Shown: piece after piece, positions 8,414 to 17,113 of the stretch
Layout: the number at the start of each line of letters is the position of its first letter
Numbering within the stretch: the first letter of the stretch is position 1
Virus record (IMG/VR): IMGVR_UViG_3300045965_000268
Location: 1 to 58,366 of that record
Direction: 5' to 3' (one strand)
Source of the DNA: a virus
Lineage: Duplodnaviria > Caudoviricetes
DNA: 58,366 nt
Program-made: the position numbers and the translations under genes
The notes under the pieces: model-generated
What the model was told of the DNA's origin: nothing
Database searches by the model: none
Seen by the model: the letters and a program-made list of their open reading frames with translations, nothing else

Positions 8414-9501
8414 CCTTGCACCTCCGCGACCTTCGCCTGGACCCGCTCCGCGCGCGCCGGCGTCAGGTCCTGCTCCGTCGCCTCCGCCCACGCCGCCAGC
8501 TGGTCCTCGAGCCGCGTGCTCTGCGCGATCGCCGGGGTCCGGGTGCGCTCGGTCGGCACGACGATCTTCTCGAGGACGAAGTGGCTGGCGCGGTCGCGGA
8601 TCCCGTCGAAGACGGACGGCTCGAACGTGGCCACCTGGTCCTCGGGGATCTCGACGGTGACCTTGACCTCGGGCCTGTCGCCGCCCACGCTCTCGACCAG
8701 CGCTTCCAGGTAGGTATCCATCGGGGCCGTGATCGGCCAGGTCAGCTTGCGGACCACCATCTCCCGCGCCGGCAACGGCCGGTGCTCCCACGACGGAGCG
8801 AACCCATCGCCGACCGTGATCAGCACGTACGACTTGCGCTCAGCCGCCTCGGCAAAGGAGCAACGATAGAGGGAGCCGGCGATGACGACGTTGTCGCCGA
8901 TCGCCTGCCGGCGGTGAATGTGCCCGGTGACCACGAGCGAGGCCGGCGCGAGCGCGGCGAGCGGGACGACCATCTCATGGCCGACGTGGACTTCGTAATC
9001 GCTGTCGTTCAGGCGGGCCCCTTCCGGAGTCCAGTGGCCAGCGACGATGACGGGCTCCCTCGTTCCGGAGACCGTCTCCGCGATCGTCTCGGCCAGGAGC
9101 TGCGCGGAGTCCTTGTGCGTCTCGGCGCCGACGTAGGGCGCGTGTCCGCGTCGGGCGTAGGGCGCGAGCAGTAACGTGGCGCCGCGAAGTGGGACGGTGA
9201 CGAACTCGTCCCACGCCACCACGACGCCGAGGAACTCCAGCCAGCGCAGCGCATCCCTGGATTCGTGGTTCCCCGTGACCTCGAAGACGCTCCCGCGCTC
9301 CGCCATCCGCTTGTAGCGCATGCCGAGCGCCATGCGTTCCTCGCCGTTCGGGTCGCCCTCGCAGACGTCGCCGAGGCCGACGAACACCGACGCGCCTTGC
9401 TCGATCGCGTCCGTGATTGCGGCGTCCCAGACCTCCAGGGCGTGCTCGAAGCGAGGGCTGCGCAGGCTCACGTGGCGGTCGCCGAAGCAGGCGATCTTCA
9501 T
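8410..9501 (-). CDS. sbcD: SbcD/Mre11-like metallophosphoesterase nuclease
   Basis: GDRH, GD, GNHE, GH and GHIH calcineurin-like motifs; adjacent to SbcC. Confidence 0.9.
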   Translation of the reverse strand: MKIACFGDRHVSLRSPRFEHALEVWDAAITDAIEQGASVFVGLGDVCEGDPNGEERMALGMRYKRMAERGSVFEVTGNHESRDALRWLEFLGVVVAWDEFVTVPLRGATLLLAPYARRGHAPYVGAETHKDSAQLLAETIAETVSGTREPVIVAGHWTPEGARLNDSDYEVHVGHEMVVPLAALAPASLVVTGHIHRRQAIGDNVVIAGSLYRCSFAEAAERKSYVLITVGDGFAPSWEHRPLPAREMVVRKLTWPITAPMDTYLEALVESVGGDRPEVKVTVEIPEDQVATFEPSVFDGIRDRASHFVLEKIVVPTERTRTPAIAQSTRLEDQLAAWAEATEQDLTPARAERVQAKVAEVQG

Positions 9502-10013
9502 GACGCCCTCTCTGCTCGGGCCGTGCAGCTCTTACAGCGCGCACGGAGACCGCGGAAGGTGCTGGCCTGTCGAGCGAACTCCGTCGGAGGCTTCCGCTCC
9601 CGACATTTCGAGCAGAGCTTCCCGCCGAGCCGGCTGTCGATCAGCCGTCGAGTCCGGGCGTGGAGCAGCTTGTGATAGCCCGCGTCCTCGCAGATCACGA
9701 GATTCGTTGGCCGGTTATCCGACCTGATCTCGTTCACGTGATGGACAACGGCGCTCGCCGGCAGTGGTCGTCCGAGGGCGCGTTCGGCGATGAGGACGTG
9801 CTCGAACACGTATCCGTCTCGACGCCGAGGCGGCACCGCCGGGTCGAGCACCAACACGTGCCCATCGACGATCCTGCGTCCGAGCTTCTTGATGCTTCGC
9901 CCCGCGTGCCCGTGAATGAATCGGACGGGTTGTCCCTTCACCTGATTGCGACCCTTGATCGTCGCTGTCGCGATCGGGGCCGGCTGACCACAGCCGCACT
10001 CGCACTGCTTCAT
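9498..10013 (-). CDS. HNH endonuclease (HNH_3-like)
   Basis: CECGCG...RFIHGH N-terminus and YVFEHVLIAERALGRPL...VVHHVNEIRSDNRPTNLVIC...H. Confidence 0.85.
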   Translation of the reverse strand: MKQCECGCGQPAPIATATIKGRNQVKGQPVRFIHGHAGRSIKKLGRRIVDGHVLVLDPAVPPRRRDGYVFEHVLIAERALGRPLPASAVVHHVNEIRSDNRPTNLVICEDAGYHKLLHARTRRLIDSRLGGKLCSKCRERKPPTEFARQASTFRGLRARCKSCTARAERAS

Positions 10014-10182
10014 CAGGCGATCCGCCGGTGCTCGAGCGCCTCGAGCTCGGCGTCGACGACCGTCCGGAGGGCCTGGGCGAGCCGCTCGGTCTCCTGCGCG
10101 CGCTCGTCCATCGTGAGCCGGTAGCCGGTCAGGATCGTCTTGGCCAGGCCGTGGCACTTCTGGTCGATGTCCAGGGCGGGCA

Positions 10183-11271
10183 TCAGAAGGGCACCCGCTC
10201 CGGCCGGCCGGTGAGCTGCTCGGCCAGCGGCCGACCGTCGTCCACGACACGCCGCGCCTCGCCGTCGATCACCGGCCCGCCGCCGCTGCTGGTCTCGTCG
10301 TCGACCTGGAGGCCGCGCTTCGCCATCTGGGCCTCGAACAGCTCACGGATCTTCCGGGCCCGCACCATCTCGGCGTAGGTGAGCTTCCGGCCGATCTTCA
10401 GCGTCAGGGCCTTGTAGCTGATGCCGGCGTTGCTCCGCTCGTCGGTGAGCCCGAAGACGGTGGTCACGGCGAGCAGCGCCGAGTTGGCCTTCCGGAGCTG
10501 CACGGCGTAGTCGGAGAACGTCTTGAGGGCTGACGGCGGCAGGCTGACGAGCGTGGGGATCTCCTCGTCGCCCATCAGCACGAACGTCTGCAGGCGTGCC
10601 TTGCACGCCTGCCCGTGTCCGTCCCTACCGGTGCCGAAGCGTGCGTGGGGGCAGATCCCGCAGGTCTTCGCCTGCTTCCCCTCGCCCTCCAGCGGCGTGA
10701 TGCCGTCCGGCGACGAGCAGGTCGGCGGGTTCTTCTTGCTCACCTCAGCGTCCAGCGGCCAGTACGCTCGGGTCGGCTGCTTGTAGACGACGATGCCCTC
10801 GAGCGTCTTCCTCGCCTCGGGCTCGCCGCTCGCCGTCGGCACCTCCCAGAACGACGAGCCGGAGGTCGGGTACGGCACCCGCGGGAACGTGATGTCGAGG
10901 CCGTCCGTCGTCTCGCGCTGCTCCTCGCGGAAGAAGGCCACGGCCGCGGCGCGCTCCTCGGGCGGCATCAGGGCCCACTCCTCGGCGCTGAACATCTCCT
11001 CCAGGCCGCGGGGGACGGTGGCCAGCGCCTGATCCTGGCTGGTAGTGGCGATCACGGATGGTCGGTCTGCGGTCGGCATGGGTGGCTCCTCCTGGTCGTG
11101 GGTGATGGGCTCCTCCAGCACGGGCGCCGTCACCGTCTCCACGGCGGCCGCGGGCGGCGCCTCGAACATCGGCCCGCCGGTGCCGGCGAGCCGGCGGCCG
11201 TCGGGCCCGTACACGTAGCCGAGATCGGGACGAGGGCTGAAACGAGTGCCGCGGGACGAACGCCGCGCCAT
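10183..11271 (-). CDS. Putative zinc-binding ssDNA-binding/annealing protein (alternative start 11079)
   Basis: PTCSSPDG...CGICP...GQACK...VSLPPSA pattern and a C-terminal PF tail; located upstream of SbcCD. Function inferred from context. Confidence 0.5.
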   Translation of the reverse strand: MARRSSRGTRFSPRPDLGYVYGPDGRRLAGTGGPMFEAPPAAAVETVTAPVLEEPITHDQEEPPMPTADRPSVIATTSQDQALATVPRGLEEMFSAEEWALMPPEERAAAVAFFREEQRETTDGLDITFPRVPYPTSGSSFWEVPTASGEPEARKTLEGIVVYKQPTRAYWPLDAEVSKKNPPTCSSPDGITPLEGEGKQAKTCGICPHARFGTGRDGHGQACKARLQTFVLMGDEEIPTLVSLPPSALKTFSDYAVQLRKANSALLAVTTVFGLTDERSNAGISYKALTLKIGRKLTYAEMVRARKIRELFEAQMAKRGLQVDDETSSGGGPVIDGEARRVVDDGRPLAEQLTGRPERVPF

Positions 11272-11276
11272 CGCGG

Positions 11277-11693
11277 TTACCGCCCCGCGACGAGGAGATT
11301 GATCTCCGCGACGGCGAGGTCGACGACGGCGCGCCAGGACCGCTGCTCGTCCTCCAGGCGCTGCACGTCCAGCCCGCGCATCGTCAGGTCGTTCTCGGCG
11401 AAGCTCAGCTCGTGCATCACCTTGCCGTAGTCGTCCGAGGCGGCGAGGCGGCGCTTCGTCTCGGCGCTGCGCAGCTCGGCGTTGCTGAACGCCGGCTTGT
11501 TCGCGGCGTCGCGCTCCCCGGCGACGAGCACGGACGTCTCCGCCTCGATCTCGTCGCGGTGATCCTTCAGCCGCGCCACAATCCCCTGCGCCTCGGCCCT
11601 CGCCACTCGGGCCTTGTAGAGCGCGTCGGGCGTGGCGAGGAGGCGCTGCTTCATCCCGGCGATGTCGTTCAGACGGATCGTGTCAGCGGGCAT
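11277..11693 (-). CDS. Coiled-coil hypothetical protein
   Basis: GGAGG RBS; helical heptad pattern. Confidence 0.65.
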   Translation of the reverse strand: MPADTIRLNDIAGMKQRLLATPDALYKARVARAEAQGIVARLKDHRDEIEAETSVLVAGERDAANKPAFSNAELRSAETKRRLAASDDYGKVMHELSFAENDLTMRGLDVQRLEDEQRSWRAVVDLAVAEINLLVAGR

Positions 11694-12141
11694 GGGTGGC
11701 CTCCATGGGGGAGTGGGATTGTGGAATGGTGGTGACTCGCCATGGCGGCGACCACCGAGACATCAGGCTCGTGACCGGGACGATGTTGTCGCTGGCGCAG
11801 CTCGGGCAAGAACGCCGGCCGAGCGGCCGCGGATCGGGCTGGTACGCCTCGCCGCATTCGACGCACGTGAAGAGGTCGGCGAGCTTCATTCGCCGCGCTC
11901 CTGCCGGCTCTGCTCCCCCGCCGCGTGCAGGCACCAGAAGGTCGCCAGCAGGCTGAAGGCGAGGAACGCGAAGAGGAGAGCGAGCCGAAGCGTCATCGCG
12001 ACACCTCCTCGACGGTCGGCGGGGCAGAGAAAAAGGCCGAATCTGGCGCGAGCGTCGCCAGGAGCAGGCCGCACGCGAAGACCGCGATCACGGCGACGAG
12101 GAAGGCCGCCGCGTCGCAGACGAGCGAACGCCGGCGAGCCC

Positions 12142-12339
12142 TCACCGCGGCTCCCGCGCCGGCAGCGCATACATGCGCTCCAGCAGGTTGTCGTCGAGGA
12201 TCGGGATCAGCTCCTCGGCATGCGCGAGCCGCAACACTTCGCGCATGCACGCACGGCAGATGCCGAGCAGCGCGGCGGGCCCGTCCGTCGCTAGCATCGG
12301 CTGATCGCAGCCGTCGCAGATCAGGGGATCTCGGATCAT
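12142..12339 (-). CDS. Small zinc-ribbon hypothetical protein
   Basis: CDGC...CRAC; GGAGG RBS. Confidence 0.5.
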   Translation of the reverse strand: MIRDPLICDGCDQPMLATDGPAALLGICRACMREVLRLAHAEELIPILDDNLLERMYALPAREPR

Positions 12340-12677
12340 GCAGACCTCCGTGGGTGCCGATCGGCACCCGAGGTGCCGTCTGGCACCCGGGCGGGCGGCT
12401 TGCGCACTGCGTCGGTGTCGGCGGTGCCACCCGGCACCGTCTGGCCGAATAGGGTGCCGAGCAGGCCCTGGATGCCCCGGTAGTCGCCGCGTACCTTCAA
12501 CGCGTCGATGGCGGAATCGAGCATGGCCTTCAACGCGAAGTCGCCCACGGGCATGAACGCCGGCTTCGCCTGCATCACCAGCCGGTGGAGCGAGGCCGGT
12601 GCGCGCAGCGTGTCGCAGAGCCCCTCGACGGCCATCTTCAGACGCGCGTCTCGTGATTCGTCGGTGAACGGGTTCAT
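12336..12677 (-). CDS. Hypothetical early protein
   Basis: ATGA overlap with the Cro-like gene. Confidence 0.55.
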   Translation of the reverse strand: MNPFTDESRDARLKMAVEGLCDTLRAPASLHRLVMQAKPAFMPVGDFALKAMLDSAIDALKVRGDYRGIQGLLGTLFGQTVPGGTADTDAVRKPPARVPDGTSGADRHPRRSA

Positions 12678-12913
12678 GCGGCGGACCCCTGGGCGGCGTG
12701 GCGATGCGCGGCGAGGAGCCGCTTGGCGGCGTTGAGGACGTTGCGCGACTTCCGGCGGCCAGCCAGGACGTTCGACACGGTCGTCGCGTTCACGCTCCGC
12801 CGCCGGGAGGTCCTCGACGCCTCAACCGCGACCGCTTCCTGGCTGATGCCGTGACGCTGGAGCGCGGCCTTGAGCCGTGCTAGCGTCCCGGGGCTTGCTT
12901 TGCTTTGCTTCAC
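12674..12913 (-). CDS. Cro-like XRE HTH regulator (probably leaderless)
   Basis: LKAALQRHGISQEAVA...ATTVSNVLAGRRKS; divergent from the repressor. Confidence 0.8.
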   Translation of the reverse strand: MKQSKASPGTLARLKAALQRHGISQEAVAVEASRTSRRRSVNATTVSNVLAGRRKSRNVLNAAKRLLAAHRHAAQGSAA

Positions 12914-12920
12914 GATGGCG

Positions 12921-12973
12921 ACGCTACTCCGCTTTTGCGGAAGACGTCAAGAACAAAATCCGCATATGCGGAT
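12921..12973 (-). promoter_or_regulatory. Early lytic promoter with two palindromic operators
   Basis: Minus-strand TTGACG (12950-12945), 18 bp, TAGCGT (12926-12921), then GTG 7 nt later. Palindromes TCCGC-N4-GCGGA at 12928-12941 and 12959-12972. Confidence 0.75.
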
Positions 12974-12985
12974 GGCGGCCTGGAA

Positions 12986-13465
12986 GTGCCCGATAAAGCG
13001 GACGACCTTGAGCTACTCGAGCGAGCGATTCAACGCGCCGGGAGCCCGGCGGCGCTTGCGCAGGCGCTCGGCCTTTCCAGTGAAAAGCGTGTCAGCGATC
13101 TCAAGACACGCGGGTTCAAGTCCCCGTTCATCCGGATTGCTCTACGGGTCTACGCTGACTCAAATCTCCTCCTTGCGGCAGGCGCCGGCGACACCTCCGC
13201 GGAGCCAGGTGACCAAGAGGAAGGGGCGGCTCACAGCTCCGCCTTGACGCGGATAGCGGGAGCTCTCCGTCTCAGCGCAGCGTCGCTCGGTGACCTGCGT
13301 TCCAAGGGTGACCGAGAGCTCTACGCCGAGGAGGTTGCGCGGATCCGCGCCCGGTATGAGCAGACGATCGACCGTACGCTCACCGCATTGGCCGAGCAGC
13401 TCGAGCGCGAGCTCGCCGAAGCCAAGCGCCGCATCATTGAGTCTGGAAAGAAACCGCGCCGGTGA
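12986..13465 (+). CDS. Putative CI-like repressor (N-terminal HTH, C-terminal coiled coil)
   Basis: LLERAIQRAGSPAALAQALGLSSEKRVSDLK; divergent from Cro and followed by the ImmA-like gene. Start uncertain. Confidence 0.65.
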   Translation: MPDKADDLELLERAIQRAGSPAALAQALGLSSEKRVSDLKTRGFKSPFIRIALRVYADSNLLLAAGAGDTSAEPGDQEEGAAHSSALTRIAGALRLSAASLGDLRSKGDRELYAEEVARIRARYEQTIDRTLTALAEQLERELAEAKRRIIESGKKPRR

Positions 13466-13974
13466 CCGGGCCGGAGATGGTCGCGCTCCTCGGCGCGAAA
13501 ATCCCAGGCTTCGGACAGCGGCGCCTCGACTACGGCGACTTCCTCGCGGTGTGCCGGCGGGAGCGGATCCGCGTCGAGACGCGCCCGTACCTGTGGGACG
13601 AGTATCTGAACCGATGGGGCTCGCGGCCCACGATCACGCTCAACACGGGCCTGACGCCGACCTACAAGACCTTCGTGGCCTTCCACGCGCTCGGTCACTG
13701 GTTCCTGCACCCAGGCGACATCGAGTATTACCTCGGTTCACCGGGCTGGCTCGATCAGACGGAGATCGAGGCGTCGACGGTGGCGTTGCTCGCGTTGAAC
13801 CCTTGGCCGGCGGGGCCTCCCTATCCGACACTGGAGCGAGCCCATACCGATGGGGACCTAATGCGACTGTGGGTCGCCTTCCCCGAGCGCCGTCCTGGGG
13901 AACGGATGGGATGGCGGCGACGGCGCGTGGCGCTGCAACGATACGTGCAGGGGCAGCTCGAATTCGAGTGGTAA
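13462..13974 (+). CDS. ImmA/IrrE family metallopeptidase-like protein with degenerate HExxH
   Basis: ITLNTGL...FVAFHALGHWFLH...EIEAS..ALLALNP matches the family pattern; coupled to the repressor gene. Confidence 0.8.
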   Translation: MTGPEMVALLGAKIPGFGQRRLDYGDFLAVCRRERIRVETRPYLWDEYLNRWGSRPTITLNTGLTPTYKTFVAFHALGHWFLHPGDIEYYLGSPGWLDQTEIEASTVALLALNPWPAGPPYPTLERAHTDGDLMRLWVAFPERRPGERMGWRRRRVALQRYVQGQLEFEW

Positions 13975-13988
13975 GGAGGGACAGCAGG

Positions 13989-14330
13989 ATGGCGCTCCGG
14001 GGCGTGGTCGTTCTCGTGCTCTCGATATCGATGCTGCTCGCCGTCTCGGCAGGCGGCCAAGTAATGCAGCTCGAACGCGGCGAGATTGCCGGCTTCCTCG
14101 GCTCCTCGCGCGACGCCGTGATCGCTCGGCTCGGGCGCCCAGTCTCCTCGGGCACGAAGGTCGAGCCAGCCGGCTCCGTCGACATCCTCCGCTTCAGAGG
14201 CATGGGCTTCGACCGGGCGACCTCGCTGACCTACGACGTCGAGGTCACGATGCGTAACGGCCAGGTCGCCGAGGTGTTCTTCCTCGACGACACGACGCAG
14301 CGGGGGCAGCCGGGGCGCCCGCGACGGTGA
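13989..14330 (+). CDS. Secreted/periplasmic hypothetical protein
   Basis: AGGAGG RBS, N-terminal signal peptide and a GSSRDAVIARLGRP motif of the SmpA/BLIP-like type. Confidence 0.65.
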   Translation: MALRGVVVLVLSISMLLAVSAGGQVMQLERGEIAGFLGSSRDAVIARLGRPVSSGTKVEPAGSVDILRFRGMGFDRATSLTYDVEVTMRNGQVAEVFFLDDTTQRGQPGRPRR

Positions 14331-14430
14331 TTGCCTCAGTCATCCTAGGGTGGTTGTTCGTCATCGGCGGCACGATCCTGCTGATCCTTGCGAGGATCTG
14401 GCTCTCAACCCGCTTCTCCCACACGCTCTG

Positions 14431-15063
14431 ATGTCTTCCGAGGCGCCCCCTCGAGCGCGCTTCCGTCTGACCTTCCTCTCCTCCACCGCGGCCGGCTATC
14501 AGGATGCCGTGAAGGTGGCGCGCGGCTGCGCGGGCTATCACGAGGAGGCGGTCGGTCGAGCGATCGTCCACACGTGCGAGCTGATGACCTTCACCGAGCC
14601 GGAGATCCGCCGCTTTCTCCAGGCGTGGAACCTCGTCCAGCGCTGGCACGCCTCGCGCCTCGAGGTCGACGGCGTGTACGCGACGGGTATGGAGCGCTTC
14701 ACCCTTCAGCGGGTCCTCGAGTGTATGGCCAAGGCGGCCGCGTTCTCCCCGCCGCAGCGCTACTGTCACTCCACATCGGCCCGGACGCTCTCGTCGGCTG
14801 CGGCATCAGCATCGCCCGGGCGCCCGATCCTGATTCCGTGCCGGCTCTGGGCCTCGTCGTGGGGGACGTGGGGCGACGTCGACTGGGGCGATCCAGGGCG
14901 CCGAGACGATCAGGTCCGCGCCTCGCTCGCGGACCGGGGCGTCACGCGGTGCCCGTTCCTAACCCTGGAGCCACTTCCCCACGCCTCCGGGGCTGCCGAT
15001 GTCAGCGCCGCGGATAACGTCATCCCGCTGCGGCGACGCAATCCTCAAGCGCCGGCGCCGTGA
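14431..15063 (+). CDS. Hypothetical Cys-containing protein
   Basis: Protein-like composition; part of the plus-strand operon. Confidence 0.55.
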   Translation: MSSEAPPRARFRLTFLSSTAAGYQDAVKVARGCAGYHEEAVGRAIVHTCELMTFTEPEIRRFLQAWNLVQRWHASRLEVDGVYATGMERFTLQRVLECMAKAAAFSPPQRYCHSTSARTLSSAAASASPGRPILIPCRLWASSWGTWGDVDWGDPGRRDDQVRASLADRGVTRCPFLTLEPLPHASGAADVSAADNVIPLRRRNPQAPAP

Positions 15064-15404
15064 GTCCGCGCTCCCTCGAGCAGCGCAAGCACGTGATGCT
15101 CACCGCGCTGGCCGCGCTGAACCTCCAGTGGCGCGGGGAGCCGCCGCCGGTCGTCGACGAGCTGCGCGAGGTCCTCGGCTCCTGGAAGGGTGTCGGGATC
15201 CTCATCGATGGGTTGCTCGCCCAGGGCCGCGACGTCGAACTGGCGCATTATCCGTCCGGCTGGCGGGCGACCGTCTATTACGCGGGCTCGGTCCACTCGC
15301 TGGTGAGGGGTACCGGCGAGGCGCGGGCGGCGACGCCGTGGCACGCACTGCAGCAGGCGGCATGGGAGACGGTTTCGGCGAAGGATCCGGCGCCGGGGAC
15401 ATAG
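15060..15404 (+). CDS. Hypothetical protein
   Basis: GTGA overlap with the upstream gene; globular composition. Confidence 0.6.
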   Translation: MSPRSLEQRKHVMLTALAALNLQWRGEPPPVVDELREVLGSWKGVGILIDGLLAQGRDVELAHYPSGWRATVYYAGSVHSLVRGTGEARAATPWHALQQAAWETVSAKDPAPGT

Positions 15405-15456
15405 CCGTACCAAAAAAAGCGGACCGTGACCCGTTGGCGCGAGTCACGGCCCTGAT

Positions 15457-15530
15457 GCCCTCGTAGCTCAGGAGGAAAGAGCGTGGGGCCCGTACCCCTG
15501 AGGTCGCAGGTTCGAGTCCTGCCGAGGGCA
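15457..15530 (+). tRNA. tRNA-Thr(CGT), atypical anticodon arm, CCA not encoded
   Basis: Acceptor GCCCTCG/CGAGGGC+A; D arm GCTC/GAGC; anticodon arm TGGGG-CCCGTAC-CCCTG; T arm GCAGG-TTCGAGT-CCTGC. Confidence 0.85.
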
Positions 15531-15538
15531 CTTACCCT

Positions 15539-15567
15539 AGGGCACCCCTTCGGGGGTGCCCTTCCTT
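15539..15567 (+). terminator. Hairpin / probable intrinsic terminator after the tRNA
   Basis: AGGGCACCCC-TTCG-GGGGTGCCCT followed by a short pyrimidine run. Confidence 0.65.
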
Positions 15568-15894
15568 ACGATCCTCGCCTTGCCGCTCCGTGCGGTCAAG
15601 ATCCACCTCAACACGGATGTCTAGGTAAATACACACTTGACGGCGGCGAGATTACTCCGACCGTTCGTCAAGCTCCAAGTGAAAACTGTTGGCGCCAACA
15701 GACCGGACCGGCACCGTCATGCCGGAAGCGGAATTCTGGGCGCAAGATCTTTCGCGACGATCTGCACGGCCTGGACCTCCGAGCGGATGCCCAGCCACCA
15801 GCCGGACCTCGGCCCGCAACAAGCACACTCGAGGACATGTCGTCACAGGGCGGCGTCCGGGCCGTGAGACGGGTCGGCCGCGCCGGCACTCTAC

Positions 15895-15923
15895 TTGACA
15901 TTAGTTCATTATTGACGTATACT
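15895..15923 (+). promoter_or_regulatory. Near-consensus sigma70 promoter, leaderless transcript
   Basis: TTGACA-17 bp-TATACT, with the GTG start at 15930. Confidence 0.85.
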
Positions 15924-15929
15924 CCGACC

Positions 15930-16262
15930 GTGGCTGAGGTGCTCCCGTTCGACGACCCGAGCAACTACAGCACCGTGCTCCGGTCGATCCGACGGCTGTG
16001 GCACGAGGGCGCGGTCACCTTTCACGTCCACGCGGTGCGCGCGATGCAGCGCCGGCACCTCACGTTCCAGGACGTGGAGCACGTGCTCCTCCACGGCGAC
16101 ATCGTGGAGCACAACAGGCCGCGGACGGCCTGGCGGTGGAAGGTGCTCGGGCGCTGCCTCGACGAGGAGCGCCCCGCGTCCTGCGTGGTTCAGATCGAGC
16201 TGGAGGGGAGGCTGTTGATCATCACCGTGATTGACGAGACCAACGAAAGGGGGACGCCATGA
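15930..16262 (+). CDS. DUF4258-family putative toxin
   Basis: FHVHAVRAMQRRHLTFQDVEHVLLHGDIVE...WKVLG...LLIITV; directly upstream of the antitoxin-like gene. Confidence 0.8.
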   Translation: MAEVLPFDDPSNYSTVLRSIRRLWHEGAVTFHVHAVRAMQRRHLTFQDVEHVLLHGDIVEHNRPRTAWRWKVLGRCLDEERPASCVVQIELEGRLLIITVIDETNERGTP

Positions 16263-16768
16263 AGGTGTGCGACGTATGCGGGGGACCGATGACGGTCCGC
16301 CAGACCACGCCCACGGACCCATACGCGTACGTCCTGGGTGGGCTGCCGCGCGTCGGCCTGGTTGGGATCACTGTGCATCGCTGTACCGCGTGCGACGTCG
16401 ACGTGCCGACGATCCCTAAGATTGGCGAGCTACACCATGTGCTCGCTCGAGGGTTCCTCCGCAAGAACGGGCTGCTCGCCGGCGACGAACTGCGATTCAT
16501 TCGCAAGCAGGCGGGGTTCCGCGCGCAGGACTTCGCCGAGAAGATCGGGCTCGACCCCTCGTATCTCTCCCGCGTCGAGAACGGCAAGCTGGACAGCCTA
16601 GGGGAGACCTCGGACCGGTTGGCGCGCGCCGTCGCGGCCGCGGTGATCGACCCCGATCTTCTCAAGGAGATCGTGCTGCGTGCCGCCCTCGAGGGAACAC
16701 CGATCCGGAAGCCGCTGCAGGCGATCCTCAAGCGCAATCGGTGGAGTGCGGCAGAGCGTGCCGCGTGA
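16259..16768 (+). CDS. MqsA/YgiT-type zinc-finger + XRE HTH antitoxin
   Basis: CDVC...CTAC followed by ELRFIRKQAGFRAQDFAEKIGLDPSYLSRVENGK. Confidence 0.85.
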   Translation: MKVCDVCGGPMTVRQTTPTDPYAYVLGGLPRVGLVGITVHRCTACDVDVPTIPKIGELHHVLARGFLRKNGLLAGDELRFIRKQAGFRAQDFAEKIGLDPSYLSRVENGKLDSLGETSDRLARAVAAAVIDPDLLKEIVLRAALEGTPIRKPLQAILKRNRWSAAERAA

Positions 16769-16933
16769 GAGGCAGCAACGCCGACCCGGTGTCAGCCAGG
16801 TCGGCGCCTTGATGCGGGCGGCCCCGCGGGGACCTCGCCTCGGTGCGGGTGACGCTGTACCGAGTAACCCGTTGGGCCCGTCCGCGTCAAGAACTACGGG
16901 AGAGAGCATCCCCGGGAAAGGAGGACCCGCCGC

Positions 16934-17053
16934 ATGGGCGATGATCGCAAGATCGTGCATCGCGACTCGAAGTCCGGGCAGTTCACCACCAAGAAGTACG
17001 CCGACCGTCATCCGGCCACGACCGAGACGGAGCGCGTCCGCACCGGGAAGTAG
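16934..17053 (+). CDS. 39-aa basic peptide (RDSKSGQFT motif)
   Basis: AAGGAGG RBS; MGDDRKIVHRDSKSGQFTTKKYADRHPATTETERVRTGK; not in the ORF track. Confidence 0.65.
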   Translation: MGDDRKIVHRDSKSGQFTTKKYADRHPATTETERVRTGK

Positions 17054-17113
17054 TCCGGTAGTCTGAATCACCCCGGGCCCGAGCGAGGCGGGCCTATCCT
17101 ACTTCAGGGCAGC

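Noticed and set aside
8414-8791. N-terminal extensions in the ORF track (SbcC from 8791, primase from 54993, terS from 52735, ligase from 48889)
   Set aside because: They overlap upstream genes or the origin and are low-complexity. Downstream starts that overlap the previous stop or begin at the conserved domain fit better.
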